Virus record (IMG/VR): IMGVR_UViG_3300021141_000706
From: a virus
Direction: 5' to 3' (one strand)
DNA length: 64,000 nt
The position numbers were made by a program, and so were the translations under genes. Shown here piece by piece: positions 20,022 through 29,571 of this stretch; the stretch's first letter is position 1; the number at the start of each line of letters is the position of its first letter. The notes below the pieces were generated by a model that was given only the letters and a program-made list of their open reading frames with translations, did no database searches and had not been told where the DNA came from.

Positions 20022-20745
20022 AACATTATTTGTATCTGATATACATTTAGGTAACCACAAATCACAACCAGAAAAACTACTTGAAGTTTTGAGAGACTAC
20101 GAGTATGAAAATTTAGTAATTGTTGGAGACTTTATTGATTTAACATCATTAAAAAAGAAATTCTATTGGAGTGCTAATCATTCAACAGTTATTCAAAAAG
20201 TTTTAAGAGCATCCAGAAAAGGAGTTAATGTTACTTACATATTAGGCAATCATGATTTCTATTTAAGAGGTTTAATAAAAGATGAGAATATAAATATTGG
20301 TGATATAACTATTTGTGATGAGATGTATTATGAAACATCTAAAGGTGAGAAAATATACATTTGTCACGGTGACCAGTTTGATGGTTTTATCAGATTACAT
20401 CCTTTTTTATATGTCTTAGGTGACTGGGCTTACGAATTTAGTTTTAAGATTAACAAAGCTTATAACTGGTTAAGAAAAATTGTAGGTTTAGAATACTGGT
20501 CTTTATCTCAATATCTCAAATATAAAGTTAAGAATGCTATAACATTTATTAATGACTTCAAAATTTTATCACTTAGAAAATTAGATGAGGTTGATTGTGA
20601 TTCAATTATGATTGGACATATTCACACACCAGCAATTGAAAAAATAGGAGAAAAAACCTACTACAACACAGGTGATTTCTGTGAGACCTGTTCATTTTTA
20701 TATGAAGATTTAGATGGTGAGATTAAGTTAGTCGTGATCGGATAA
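20011..20745 (+). CDS. metallophosphoesterase, PlcP / LpxH-like
   Basis: SDIHLG, GDFID, W..H..VIQKVLR..RKG, GNHD, HGDQFD, LGDWAY, YWSLS, GHIH. Confidence 0.85.
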   Translation: MKVKTLFVSDIHLGNHKSQPEKLLEVLRDYEYENLVIVGDFIDLTSLKKKFYWSANHSTVIQKVLRASRKGVNVTYILGNHDFYLRGLIKDENINIGDITICDEMYYETSKGEKIYICHGDQFDGFIRLHPFLYVLGDWAYEFSFKINKAYNWLRKIVGLEYWSLSQYLKYKVKNAITFINDFKILSLRKLDEVDCDSIMIGHIHTPAIEKIGEKTYYNTGDFCETCSFLYEDLDGEIKLVVIG

Positions 20746-20782
20746 TCTAAAACAAACAAACATTTTTATCATATATAAACGT

Positions 20783-22126
20783 ATGATGACAGAAAAAACA
20801 ATATCTGATTTCTTAGCCAATGAGTATAAGGAGTTCGCAATGTATTCAATTGAAGGTAGAGCTATCCCTTCTGTTATTGATGGTTTCAAACCAACTCAAC
20901 GAAAAATTATTCACGTTTCAAACGATATCTGGAAGAATGGTAGTGAAAAAGCACTTAAAGTATTTCAACTAGCCGGTAAAGTAGCATCTGATGCTTTCTA
21001 CCATCACGGTAATGCTTCTTTAGAGAATGCTATTATCACAATGGCTCAACGATTTAAGAACAATGCGGCTTTATTAGAAGAAGATGGTCAGTTTGGATCA
21101 TTACGTTCACCTCAAGCTGGTGCGCCTCGTTATATCGGTACTAAACTATCTGAAAACTTTAGATTGATTTATAAAGACTTTGAACTTCTTGAATACAAAG
21201 AAGAAGAGGGTGAATCAATTGAACCAAGATTTTTCTTACCAATTGTACCAACCGTATTATTAAATGGCTCATCTGGTATTGCTGTAGGATTTGCTTCTAA
21301 TGTTCTTAATAGAGATATTAAAAGTATCATTGATGCTTGTGTTAAAGTACTTGCTGATAAGAATCCTGGTGAAGTTAAACCATCTCTAAATGGATTCACT
21401 GGTGAGTTTGTTCAAGATTCTGAGAATAATAAAAGATGGATGATTAGAGGTAAGTTTGATAGAGCAAATACTTCTACTGTTAAGATTAGTGAACTTCCTC
21501 CTTCAATGACTTATGAAAAATATGAAGAAATATTAGATAAGTTAGTTGATGATAAATTAATTGTTTCTTATGATGACAACTGTAAAGATAATATTGATTA
21601 CACTATTAAATTTACAAGAGCTGATTTAGATAAGTTAGATGATGAGAAGTTAGTTAAGTTACTAAAGTTAGAAGAATCATCTACAGAAATCTTCTCAACA
21701 TTAGATGAGTTTGGTAAGTTAATGATATTTGAAAATACAAGTGACATCATTAAATACTTTGTTAACTTCAGGTTAAAATATTATCACAAAAGAAAACAAT
21801 TCTTATTAGATAAAATGAACAGAGAGTTGAAAATACTTTCTAATCGTGGTCGATTTATTAAAGCCATTATTGATGGTAAGTTAAAAGTAAACAATGTTGC
21901 TAAAGCCCTCATCATTGAAGGCATTGAAGCAATGGGTTTGGATAAGATTGATGATTCATATGATTACTTATTGAGAATGCCTATCTACTCTTTGACTAAA
22001 GAGATGTATGAAAAGATTAAAGAGGATTTTACTACTAAGAAAGAAGAAATTAAAATCTTAGAAGCAACTGATCCTAAAGATATGTACTTATTAGATTTAA
22101 CTGAATTGAAAAAGAAATTCAAATAA
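20783..22126 (+). CDS. DNA topoisomerase II medium subunit (T4 gp52 / GyrA-like)
   Basis: RAIPSVIDGFKPTQRK, YHHG, GAPRY (catalytic Tyr), NGSSGIAVGFAS. Confidence 0.95.
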   Translation: MMTEKTISDFLANEYKEFAMYSIEGRAIPSVIDGFKPTQRKIIHVSNDIWKNGSEKALKVFQLAGKVASDAFYHHGNASLENAIITMAQRFKNNAALLEEDGQFGSLRSPQAGAPRYIGTKLSENFRLIYKDFELLEYKEEEGESIEPRFFLPIVPTVLLNGSSGIAVGFASNVLNRDIKSIIDACVKVLADKNPGEVKPSLNGFTGEFVQDSENNKRWMIRGKFDRANTSTVKISELPPSMTYEKYEEILDKLVDDKLIVSYDDNCKDNIDYTIKFTRADLDKLDDEKLVKLLKLEESSTEIFSTLDEFGKLMIFENTSDIIKYFVNFRLKYYHKRKQFLLDKMNRELKILSNRGRFIKAIIDGKLKVNNVAKALIIEGIEAMGLDKIDDSYDYLLRMPIYSLTKEMYEKIKEDFTTKKEEIKILEATDPKDMYLLDLTELKKKFK

Positions 22127-22140
22127 ATTGAATATCTAAG

Positions 22141-22494
22141 ATGAATCAAAGATCAATTAATCTTTCACCCTGGAAAGAAATTTCTATATCAACTGAAGTA
22201 CAACATCATACTTTAATTGATATAGCAACCATTATCATAAGTGATGATGAAGACTATTATATAATTGAGGATGATATTGAAAAAGTAATGGATGTTAGTC
22301 AAATGCCTCATTATATAAAAGAAGATTGGATTAACTACAATAAGAAAGAACTTAACCAAAAAGTTATAGATAAACACATCGCAGTTTATACCGATAAGTC
22401 TGAAATGATATATCCACCTGACAGAGAAGTTGAAGAAATAATTTCTACACTAAAATCAATAAAAAGACATTTAATTATTAAAAAGATAATTTAA
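22141..22494 (+). CDS. hypothetical protein with degenerate C-terminal tag
   Basis: Ends KRHLIIKKII. Confidence 0.65.
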   Translation: MNQRSINLSPWKEISISTEVQHHTLIDIATIIISDDEDYYIIEDDIEKVMDVSQMPHYIKEDWINYNKKELNQKVIDKHIAVYTDKSEMIYPPDREVEEIISTLKSIKRHLIIKKII

Positions 22495-22512
22495 TTTTTG
22501 TATATTTGCTAA

Positions 22513-22683
22513 ATGAAGCATTTAAGACCAAGAAAAGAAGATCCATTTAAAGATTTTGCGCCAGTGATGACAAAAGATTGTCAAGGTGTCTGTGATCGTC
22601 AAGTTGTAATGACTAAGGAAGGACCAGTTATTGTTTGTAATGGTTGTATGAGAATTGTAATGGATAATAGAGATAAAAAATGA
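22513..22683 (+). CDS. 56-aa zinc-ribbon-like protein (not in ORF track)
   Basis: MKHLRPRKEDPFKDFAPVMTKDCQGVCDRQVVMTKEGPVIVCNGCMRIVMDNRDKK; TATATTTG at 22501-22508; ATGA overlap with rhomboid. Confidence 0.65.
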   Translation: MKHLRPRKEDPFKDFAPVMTKDCQGVCDRQVVMTKEGPVIVCNGCMRIVMDNRDKK

Positions 22684-23243
22684 TAAATTTAACACCAGTT
22701 GTAAAGCAGTTATTAAAGATTAATGTTATAGCTTTTATTATATCATATCTTTTATTTGAAATGGGATTACCTTTTGTTAGTCAATTTCTATTATATCCAA
22801 TTCAATCTGAAGAATTTCACATCTACCAGCTTGTGAGTTATATGTTTTTACATAGCTCACTCATGCATATTATATTCAATATGCTAGGTTTAATAACATT
22901 TGGACCAGATATAGAAGAAAGATTTGGTAGTAAAAAGTTTTTGAACTATTATTTAATAATGGGAATAGTATCTGGTTTATGTCATGCTTTATTTATAAGT
23001 AATCCAGTTTTAGGCGCATCAGGTGCTGTTTGGGGAGTTATGATGATATATGCTTTATCTAATCCAAATACAATTCTACATCTTTACTTTTTAATTCCGG
23101 TTAAAGTTAAATATATTGTTGGTGTGTTTTTTACCATAGAGTTATACTTAGCACTTATAGGTGGTAGTGATGGTGTGAGTCATATTGCTCATGTTGGAGG
23201 TGCTTTAACTGGTCTTTTAATTTATTTGCTCAATAGAAAGTAG
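22680..23243 (+). CDS. rhomboid intramembrane serine protease
   Basis: MFLH..MHIIFNM, GASG, HIAHVGG; several transmembrane helices. Confidence 0.92.
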   Translation: MINLTPVVKQLLKINVIAFIISYLLFEMGLPFVSQFLLYPIQSEEFHIYQLVSYMFLHSSLMHIIFNMLGLITFGPDIEERFGSKKFLNYYLIMGIVSGLCHALFISNPVLGASGAVWGVMMIYALSNPNTILHLYFLIPVKVKYIVGVFFTIELYLALIGGSDGVSHIAHVGGALTGLLIYLLNRK

Positions 23244-23406
23244 CCTTTGCTCATCCATTGTAAATAAATTATAACTTTAGATAAATCTTTATTTATAACT
23301 TGATATATATATATATTATATGTTATCTGGGCTAATATTCTAACATAATTTTTGTTAGTCACCCAATTTGAGATAACTTTTGTTTTGAAAAATTTTATTT
23401 TATTTT

Positions 23407-25617
23407 ATGAGAAAATTGCTAACTATGTTATTTTCTGTGATTAGTTTATTTGCTATTTCACAGAACTGTCCTGAATTAGGACCAAATCAGATTTTACCTT
23501 GTGGTGTAAATACTGCTATATTGACTGCTAACCTAACCGCTTGTGGTGCTGGTACAAATCCAAATCAAACAACTAACTATTCTGTTGCTTCTATTCCTTA
23601 TGTTGCTCAAACAAATACGGGAACTCAGTTATTTATGACTGATGATTCACAACAAGGACCTTTTAATATAGGTTTTAACTTTTGTTTCTTTGGTACAACA
23701 TACACTCAATTTTATATAGGTTCAAATGGTTGGATATCTTTCTCACCCGCACAACCAACAACATTTAGTTCTCAACTAATACCAACTATCAATCCTTTAG
23801 TTCCAAAGAACTGTATTATGGGTCCTTGGCAAGATTGGCATCCAGGTTTAGGAGGTCAAATTAGATATCAAACGTCTGGTGTTGCTCCTTGTAGAAAACT
23901 AACAGTTAGTTGGATTGGGGTTCCAATGTTCTCTTGTACAGGTAATCAAGGAACATTTCATATAGTTATTTATGAATCTAGTAATAATATTGAAAATCAT
24001 ATTCAAAATAAACCGGCTTGTTTAGGTTGGCAAGGTGGTACTGCTGTTGAAGGTATACATAACTTAGCGGGTACAATAGGAATTCCAGTACCTGGTAGAA
24101 ATTCAACTGCTTGGGTTGCTAATAATGATGCTTGGAAATGGACACCTAGTGGACCAGTAGTTACACCTGTATTAACTTGGTATCAAGTTGGTAATCCAGT
24201 TGCTATTGGAACAGGTCCTACTATAACTGTAAATCCATTAGTACCAACACAATATACTTGTCATTTTGTTTACCCTATTTGTAATGCGGGTTGGACTTCT
24301 TGTAATGCTGGTATTGCTGGACCTGGACCAGATACTGTTTTAGTTGTGCCAGGTCCACCTAACATTCTTCTTAATACTTCATTTACCGAACCACTTTGTT
24401 TTAATGATTGTAATGGGACAGCAACTGTTACTCCAATAACAGGAACACCACTATATAATTATTTATGGTCAAATGGTCAAACAACTCAAACTGCTACTAG
24501 TTTATGTGCTGGTGTTTATAGTGTAAATGTAACTGATATAAACGGATGTTCAGCAAATACCACTGTTAATATAACTCAACCAACACAATTGATTTTTGAT
24601 AGTTTAGTTTTATCTGATGTTACTTGCTCATTAAATGATGGACAAATTTTTATTTATCCAAATGGTGGAACACCAACATATGATTATTTTATAGATGGTT
24701 TAATATCAAATGACACAATTACTAATCTCGCTGGTGGTAACTATACAGTTTCTGTAACAGATAATAATGGTTGTACTATAGACTCAATCGTTTTTATTGA
24801 TTTTCCTACACCTATAAATATTTCAGTATCACCAGTTGATACAATTCTTTGTGTTCCAGGTACATTCAATTTTATAAATAACTCTACACCTGCTGTTAAT
24901 ATTGTTAGTTCAATAATAGATTATGGTGATGGATTTACTGATAATATATTATCAAATTCTAACTTTACACATACTTATAGTACAGTTGGTATTTGGGATG
25001 TTATAGTAACAACGGTTAATGATTATGGATGTACATACACACAAACATTTAACAATATAGTAGAAACCGTTTCATTGCCAGTTTCTCAGTTTATGGTTGG
25101 ACCAAACCCAACAACAATGTTTGAGACAACTGTTTCTACATTTGATTATTCAGGTCCTAATATTGTGGCTTGGAATTGGTCAGCACCAGGATCTTTAGAA
25201 CTAACTAGTGGTCTTTCTAATCCAAATTTCACATACCCTGAAGGAATTATAGGTCAGTATTTAATTACTCTAACAGTTCAAAATAGCTTAGGTTGTAGTG
25301 ATTCATCTTCTGTTGTTTTAATTGTTAATCCAGATGTATTAACTTATATACCTAATGCTTTCACTCCGGGTGGTGATGAATTCAATTCAACTTGGAAATT
25401 CTACTTATCAGGTGTTGATGAGCAAGATTTCACTATGTCTATATTCAATAGATGGGGTCAAATGATATGGGAATGTCATGATATAAATGGTGAGTGGGAT
25501 GGATCTTATAATGGGTATTATGTTCCAGATGGTTGTTATTTTTGGAAATCTCAGTTTACGGTTTTAAACTCTTCAGAGAAAAGAACTGTTATGGGTTATG
25601 TAACTATTATCAGATAA
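23407..25617 (+). CDS. secreted adhesin-like protein with SprB and PKD repeats and a T9SS type B C-terminal domain
   Basis: Signal peptide; CFNDCNGTATV..GTPLYNYLWSNG SprB repeat; DYGDG PKD; YIPNAFTPGGD...IFNRWG...WDG...GYVTIIR. Confidence 0.88.
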   Translation: MRKLLTMLFSVISLFAISQNCPELGPNQILPCGVNTAILTANLTACGAGTNPNQTTNYSVASIPYVAQTNTGTQLFMTDDSQQGPFNIGFNFCFFGTTYTQFYIGSNGWISFSPAQPTTFSSQLIPTINPLVPKNCIMGPWQDWHPGLGGQIRYQTSGVAPCRKLTVSWIGVPMFSCTGNQGTFHIVIYESSNNIENHIQNKPACLGWQGGTAVEGIHNLAGTIGIPVPGRNSTAWVANNDAWKWTPSGPVVTPVLTWYQVGNPVAIGTGPTITVNPLVPTQYTCHFVYPICNAGWTSCNAGIAGPGPDTVLVVPGPPNILLNTSFTEPLCFNDCNGTATVTPITGTPLYNYLWSNGQTTQTATSLCAGVYSVNVTDINGCSANTTVNITQPTQLIFDSLVLSDVTCSLNDGQIFIYPNGGTPTYDYFIDGLISNDTITNLAGGNYTVSVTDNNGCTIDSIVFIDFPTPINISVSPVDTILCVPGTFNFINNSTPAVNIVSSIIDYGDGFTDNILSNSNFTHTYSTVGIWDVIVTTVNDYGCTYTQTFNNIVETVSLPVSQFMVGPNPTTMFETTVSTFDYSGPNIVAWNWSAPGSLELTSGLSNPNFTYPEGIIGQYLITLTVQNSLGCSDSSSVVLIVNPDVLTYIPNAFTPGGDEFNSTWKFYLSGVDEQDFTMSIFNRWGQMIWECHDINGEWDGSYNGYYVPDGCYFWKSQFTVLNSSEKRTVMGYVTIIR

Positions 25618-25620
25618 TTC

Positions 25621-25651
25621 TTTGGTATTTATAATTTTTTTACTATCTTTG
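25621..25651 (+). promoter_or_regulatory. Bacteroidota-type promoter (-33 TTTG / -7 TATCTTTG)
   Basis: TTTG 25621-24; TATCTTTG 25644-51; ATG 4 nt later. Confidence 0.7.
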
Positions 25652-25655
25652 CTTT

Positions 25656-26018
25656 ATGAAGACTGAAAGTGTATTTAACATGATTGATAAAAAGATAATT
25701 GAACATCTTGTTGAAGGTCATGCTATACCTTTTATTCAGAAGGATCTTAATGATAAGATGAATAAATTCTGTGATAATATTAAACAAGCTGACAAGACAG
25801 TGGATCTTTTGAAGCTACTTATGATGGAAACAGAAATCATAACTCCTTCAAAGACTAAGTATCAAGTAATGTATATTAAAGTTTGTGCTCAAAGAGTTAA
25901 AGACTTAGATTGGTTGATAAAGAATAAATATAAGTTTCCTGGAAGATCTAATTCTCAAGTATTTAAGTTAATAAAATTAAAAGAAAAACTTTCAATAGAA
26001 AACGCTATTTCTTTCTAA
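25656..26018 (+). CDS. hypothetical protein
   Basis: ORF directly after a host-type promoter. Confidence 0.65.
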   Translation: MKTESVFNMIDKKIIEHLVEGHAIPFIQKDLNDKMNKFCDNIKQADKTVDLLKLLMMETEIITPSKTKYQVMYIKVCAQRVKDLDWLIKNKYKFPGRSNSQVFKLIKLKEKLSIENAISF

Positions 26019-26022
26019 TTTA

Positions 26023-26054
26023 TTTGGCAAATTAGGTAGTTTTGCTTATATTTG
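26023..26054 (+). promoter_or_regulatory. Bacteroidota-type promoter
   Basis: TTTG 26023-26; TATATTTG 26047-54. Confidence 0.7.
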
Positions 26055-26058
26055 TATT

Positions 26059-26292
26059 ATGAAAATCACTACAGAAAATAAAGCAATCCTTTGGTCAATT
26101 CTTGAAAAATATGACGGTATTTCAGAATATTCAAATTTCTGTGATGCTCTTTCTAGATTTATTCAAAATAAAGTAAATAATACTGATATTCTTGTTGTTT
26201 ATCAAAGTCTTTTGATTATAGATATGGTTGATAAGAAAAAAATTGACTCTACTATTGGTGATGAAATCGACGCTTGCTTGTTCTCTATCTAA
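26059..26292 (+). CDS. hypothetical protein
   Basis: ORF directly after a host-type promoter. Confidence 0.6.
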   Translation: MKITTENKAILWSILEKYDGISEYSNFCDALSRFIQNKVNNTDILVVYQSLLIIDMVDKKKIDSTIGDEIDACLFSI

Positions 26293-26378
26293 AAATCATG
26301 TAACATCATGATGCCTATTCTTACTAATAATACTTGAATTTTTTGAAAAATCTTATACTGGATTTTTTATAGAAAAAG

Positions 26379-26404
26379 AAACCTCTCAAATTGAGAGGTT
26401 TTTT
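26379..26404. terminator. bidirectional intrinsic terminator
   Basis: AAACCTCTCAA-a-TTGAGAGGTTT. Confidence 0.8.
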
Positions 26405-27143
26405 ACTTTTTTATCCATTCTTTGAATTTCATAACTGATTCTTTTAGTGATTCTACAAAATCAAACTCTCTAAGAAAATCTCCAAAGTCTTCAAGATAAC
26501 CTTTCTTACTTTCATCGTTCTTATCTTTAGTCCATTGCCAGTTAAAAGAAAGAACATCTGGAGTTTTGAATCCAAAGAAACTTAAAACTTGTTTTTCTAA
26601 CTTAACAGCTTCTTCACCGTTCCAGTTGTGACCAGTTGCTATAACACCAACTTCTTTATCTTTAAGTAAATTAGATTCACCTAAAGTTGTATGTCTGTTA
26701 TCTAACCAAGTTAATCTTTCAACTAACTCACCATATATAGAATTCATTTTACCCCAACGAATTGAACCAAAGAAAATAACTATATCAGCATCAAAAATAG
26801 CATTTGCTACTTTATACATTTCGTCTGATTTATTATTCAAAGATGCCCAACATCTAATGTTACCTGTTGGATTTTTTTCTTTATCATCTAACTTAGCTTC
26901 TTTCAATCCACAAGTATTACCTCTTTTAGTTGAAACATTTCCTTCACAAGGATATATTTTTAATTTAGCAACATTAATCAATTGAACTCTATCAGAACCT
27001 AACTTTTTAATAAGTTCATCAGCTATTATTGATGATTTAGGAAGTTCATTATCACCTTCCCATCTGTTAGATGTTGTTAAGAAAAGAATTTTTTTATTCT
27101 TATTTTTCTTTAAGTAATTGTAAAGTTTCTTTAAGTTATCCAT
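26403..27143 (-). CDS. flavodoxin-fold protein (NAD(P)H-dependent FMN reductase / iron-sulfur flavoprotein-like)
   Basis: TTSNR, IYPCEGNVS..C...CW, ADIVIFFGSIRWG, ERL. Confidence 0.8.
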   Translation of the reverse strand: MDNLKKLYNYLKKNKNKKILFLTTSNRWEGDNELPKSSIIADELIKKLGSDRVQLINVAKLKIYPCEGNVSTKRGNTCGLKEAKLDDKEKNPTGNIRCWASLNNKSDEMYKVANAIFDADIVIFFGSIRWGKMNSIYGELVERLTWLDNRHTTLGESNLLKDKEVGVIATGHNWNGEEAVKLEKQVLSFFGFKTPDVLSFNWQWTKDKNDESKKGYLEDFGDFLREFDFVESLKESVMKFKEWIKK

Positions 27144-27178
27144 TATGAAGTTATATATTAAAATTTATATATAGGTAT

Positions 27179-27754
27179 ATGAAATTTCTTAAAAAATTTG
27201 AAGCCAAATCAGAAGACTCTAAAGAAAAGTTAATAGAGTATGCTGATGATATTGTAAAAGTTATAACAACTTATTACTCAACTCATACTGGTGATTTATG
27301 TGATCAAATTGATGAAATACTTTGGAATACCTCAAATGTTGATTTAGATGGTTGGGAGAATGATGGTGTGCTAACTGAAGAGATGATGAGAGAAGTAGTT
27401 GAGGATTATAAAGGTGCTTGGTCCAGAGAAATAGAAAAATTACTTGATGTATATTATGATTGTAGACATTTTGTTAAACATGTAAATAAAGACTTAGTTG
27501 AAGATATAAAAGAAGTATTTTTAGAATATTCTGATATGGGTAAGGTTGAAGTTAGTAAAACGTCTAGGTTAAATGATGATAGATATTCTGTAAAAATTTA
27601 TATTAAAGATATATTATTTAAAATTAACTTTGAAGAAGTATTAGATAGAATAAAAGAATTAGGTTTTGAACATTATTCCATAGAGTGTGTCAAAAATGGT
27701 TATATAGAAAGTATGACTATTGAATTTTGGAAGCCATTACCAGAAGAAGAATAA
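27179..27754 (+). CDS. hypothetical protein with N-terminal tag
   Basis: MKFLKKFE; TTATATATA upstream. Confidence 0.7.
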   Translation: MKFLKKFEAKSEDSKEKLIEYADDIVKVITTYYSTHTGDLCDQIDEILWNTSNVDLDGWENDGVLTEEMMREVVEDYKGAWSREIEKLLDVYYDCRHFVKHVNKDLVEDIKEVFLEYSDMGKVEVSKTSRLNDDRYSVKIYIKDILFKINFEEVLDRIKELGFEHYSIECVKNGYIESMTIEFWKPLPEEE

Positions 27755-27780
27755 AAAACCCACTTTAGAGTGGGTTTTTT
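27753..27780. terminator. bidirectional intrinsic terminator
   Basis: A6-CCCACT-ttag-AGTGGG-T6. Confidence 0.85.
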
Positions 27781-27782
27781 AT

Positions 27783-28757
27783 TTAGTCGAACATATTATT
27801 GTCAACTCTATCTTTTAACTTTTGTATTGCTCTTGTTAACTCACCAGCAACTTGAATAACAACTGGATGATTAAATCCTGAAAGGCTATTTGCTATGCTA
27901 CTAATATTTCTAACTTCTGATTCTATTCCTTTTAATTCAGCCTCTAAATCACCGTATATTTTACTTTTATTAGCCTCTGTAATTTCATTCATCTTAGATT
28001 CTAACATAGACTCTAATTCTTGAACTTTTTTGAATCCAGCTTCTAATTCTTTCTCTCTCTTAGAAAGATCAGCTAAGTCAGAATCAATTTTAGTTTGAAG
28101 TTCTGCGTATTTAGAATCTACTTCTTTAGCTGATGAAAGAGCAGTTCTATCAAGATTTCTTTCTCTTTCATTTAACTCTTGAATCTTTTCTTGTAAGTCT
28201 AATTCTTTTTCAGTTATAGTTCTTGTTCTTAATCTTAAATCATCGTCTTTCTTTTCAATTGTTTTAAGATCTAATTTATATTCGTCTTCTCTTTTTTCAA
28301 CTCTTTTAATTCTGATTTCAAGTTCATCTTCTTTATCTTTGATTCTTCTATCCCTTGAATCTAAATCAGTTTCTCTTCTATCTAAATCTCTTTTGAAAGT
28401 GTTTAATTCAGATTCTCTTCTTTCTACATCTTTCATTAAAGCAGGGTCCATAGATGGAACATTATCATGTTGAATTGAAGACATAATCATATCTTCAAAG
28501 AAAGGAATTAATTTTTTACCTAATTGAGCAGGTTGAGGCATTTTTTCAGCTCTCATAAATGTTAATAATTCGGCTTTCCAGTCGATTACCTCGAAAAACT
28601 CCGGATTATTATCTATGATAGCTCTATCAATAGGAATTAATTCAGTCTTTACCTTATAAATGTACTCTTCTAAGATAGCACCAATTTTAAGAATAAAGAT
28701 TTTTTTATCTGGACTTAAATACTGAAACTCCTTTATTACTTTATGTTTAATTTTCAT
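27783..28757 (-). CDS. long coiled-coil protein
   Basis: Charged heptad repeats; TAATATATA upstream. Confidence 0.75.
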   Translation of the reverse strand: MKIKHKVIKEFQYLSPDKKIFILKIGAILEEYIYKVKTELIPIDRAIIDNNPEFFEVIDWKAELLTFMRAEKMPQPAQLGKKLIPFFEDMIMSSIQHDNVPSMDPALMKDVERRESELNTFKRDLDRRETDLDSRDRRIKDKEDELEIRIKRVEKREDEYKLDLKTIEKKDDDLRLRTRTITEKELDLQEKIQELNERERNLDRTALSSAKEVDSKYAELQTKIDSDLADLSKREKELEAGFKKVQELESMLESKMNEITEANKSKIYGDLEAELKGIESEVRNISSIANSLSGFNHPVVIQVAGELTRAIQKLKDRVDNNMFD

Positions 28758-28828
28758 GTTTCGAAAATGAATTTTATTTATATATTAAAAACCATTGTTT
28801 TTGTTTTAATTTTTAGTATATTTGTAAA

Positions 28829-29293
28829 ATGGTGTCTTTGAATAAAGAATATAATCAAATTGTGAACCTTACTAAATTCAATGTGAATTTTAGTAAGTTT
28901 ATTCATAATAATGACTTATTGAGTCATAGTCCAGACTATATTCTTGAAAAATATAATCATTGGATTGGATTTGAACCAACTATTGAGTGTAAATTATATA
29001 CACCAGATGATATGACTGATTTTTTTCTTAAATATTGGAAAAGATGGGGTATATTTGAAGAATATTCTGTGAAAAATATTTTGATGTATCTTTACTCAAC
29101 TAGAAGTATGAATCTAGTATTAATGTCTGAGAAGTTTGAAGAGTATATCGGGCCAATGAATATGATATCAGATATACCAGATAAAAAAGGATTACATCAT
29201 AAATCAGATTTATTTATTAATGATGTATTAGAAAAGAATAAAGACAATGTAAAAGTTGTTTTAAGAGATATGAAAATTGGAAGTATAATATAA
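28829..29293 (+). CDS. hypothetical protein with C-terminal tag
   Basis: TATATTTG at 28817-24; ends LRDMKIGSII. Confidence 0.7.
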   Translation: MVSLNKEYNQIVNLTKFNVNFSKFIHNNDLLSHSPDYILEKYNHWIGFEPTIECKLYTPDDMTDFFLKYWKRWGIFEEYSVKNILMYLYSTRSMNLVLMSEKFEEYIGPMNMISDIPDKKGLHHKSDLFINDVLEKNKDNVKVVLRDMKIGSII

Positions 29294-29526
29294 GTCAGAG
29301 AAGCTATCGCTGGTAGAAATACTAGAGAAACTTCGACACTACAGAACCTAACACGGGAGAATAAGTAAAGAAATTGAAAGTTCGTTTGTACCGAGGAAGT
29401 AGCAACACATACAGACTTAGGGTATCGGTTCCCCTTTGATGGTCGGGTTGTGGCAGTCCTTCGGGACCACTGAAAGGTGAGATAAATGATAGCTTAAAGC
29501 AAAATGTCGGGTACGCTCAACTTATA
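29289..29526 (+). ncRNA. rnpB: minimal, divergent RNase P RNA
   Basis: P1 TATAAGT/ACTTATA; P2 AAGCTATC/GATAGCTT; P3 CTGGTA-gaaa-TACTAG; P4 TCGACA/TGTCGG with bulged U; P5 CTACA/TGTGG; GTCC-ttcg-GGAC; CACT-gaaa-GGTG followed by AGATAAATGA. Confidence 0.82.
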
Positions 29527-29571
29527 TAACTTTCAATTATAAAATAGTAACAAATAAAAAATAAAATAAAT

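Noticed and set aside
29289-29526. Group I intron or tmRNA reading of the structured spacer
   Set aside because: Flanking genes are not interrupted, there is no tRNA-like end, and the helix order fits RNase P
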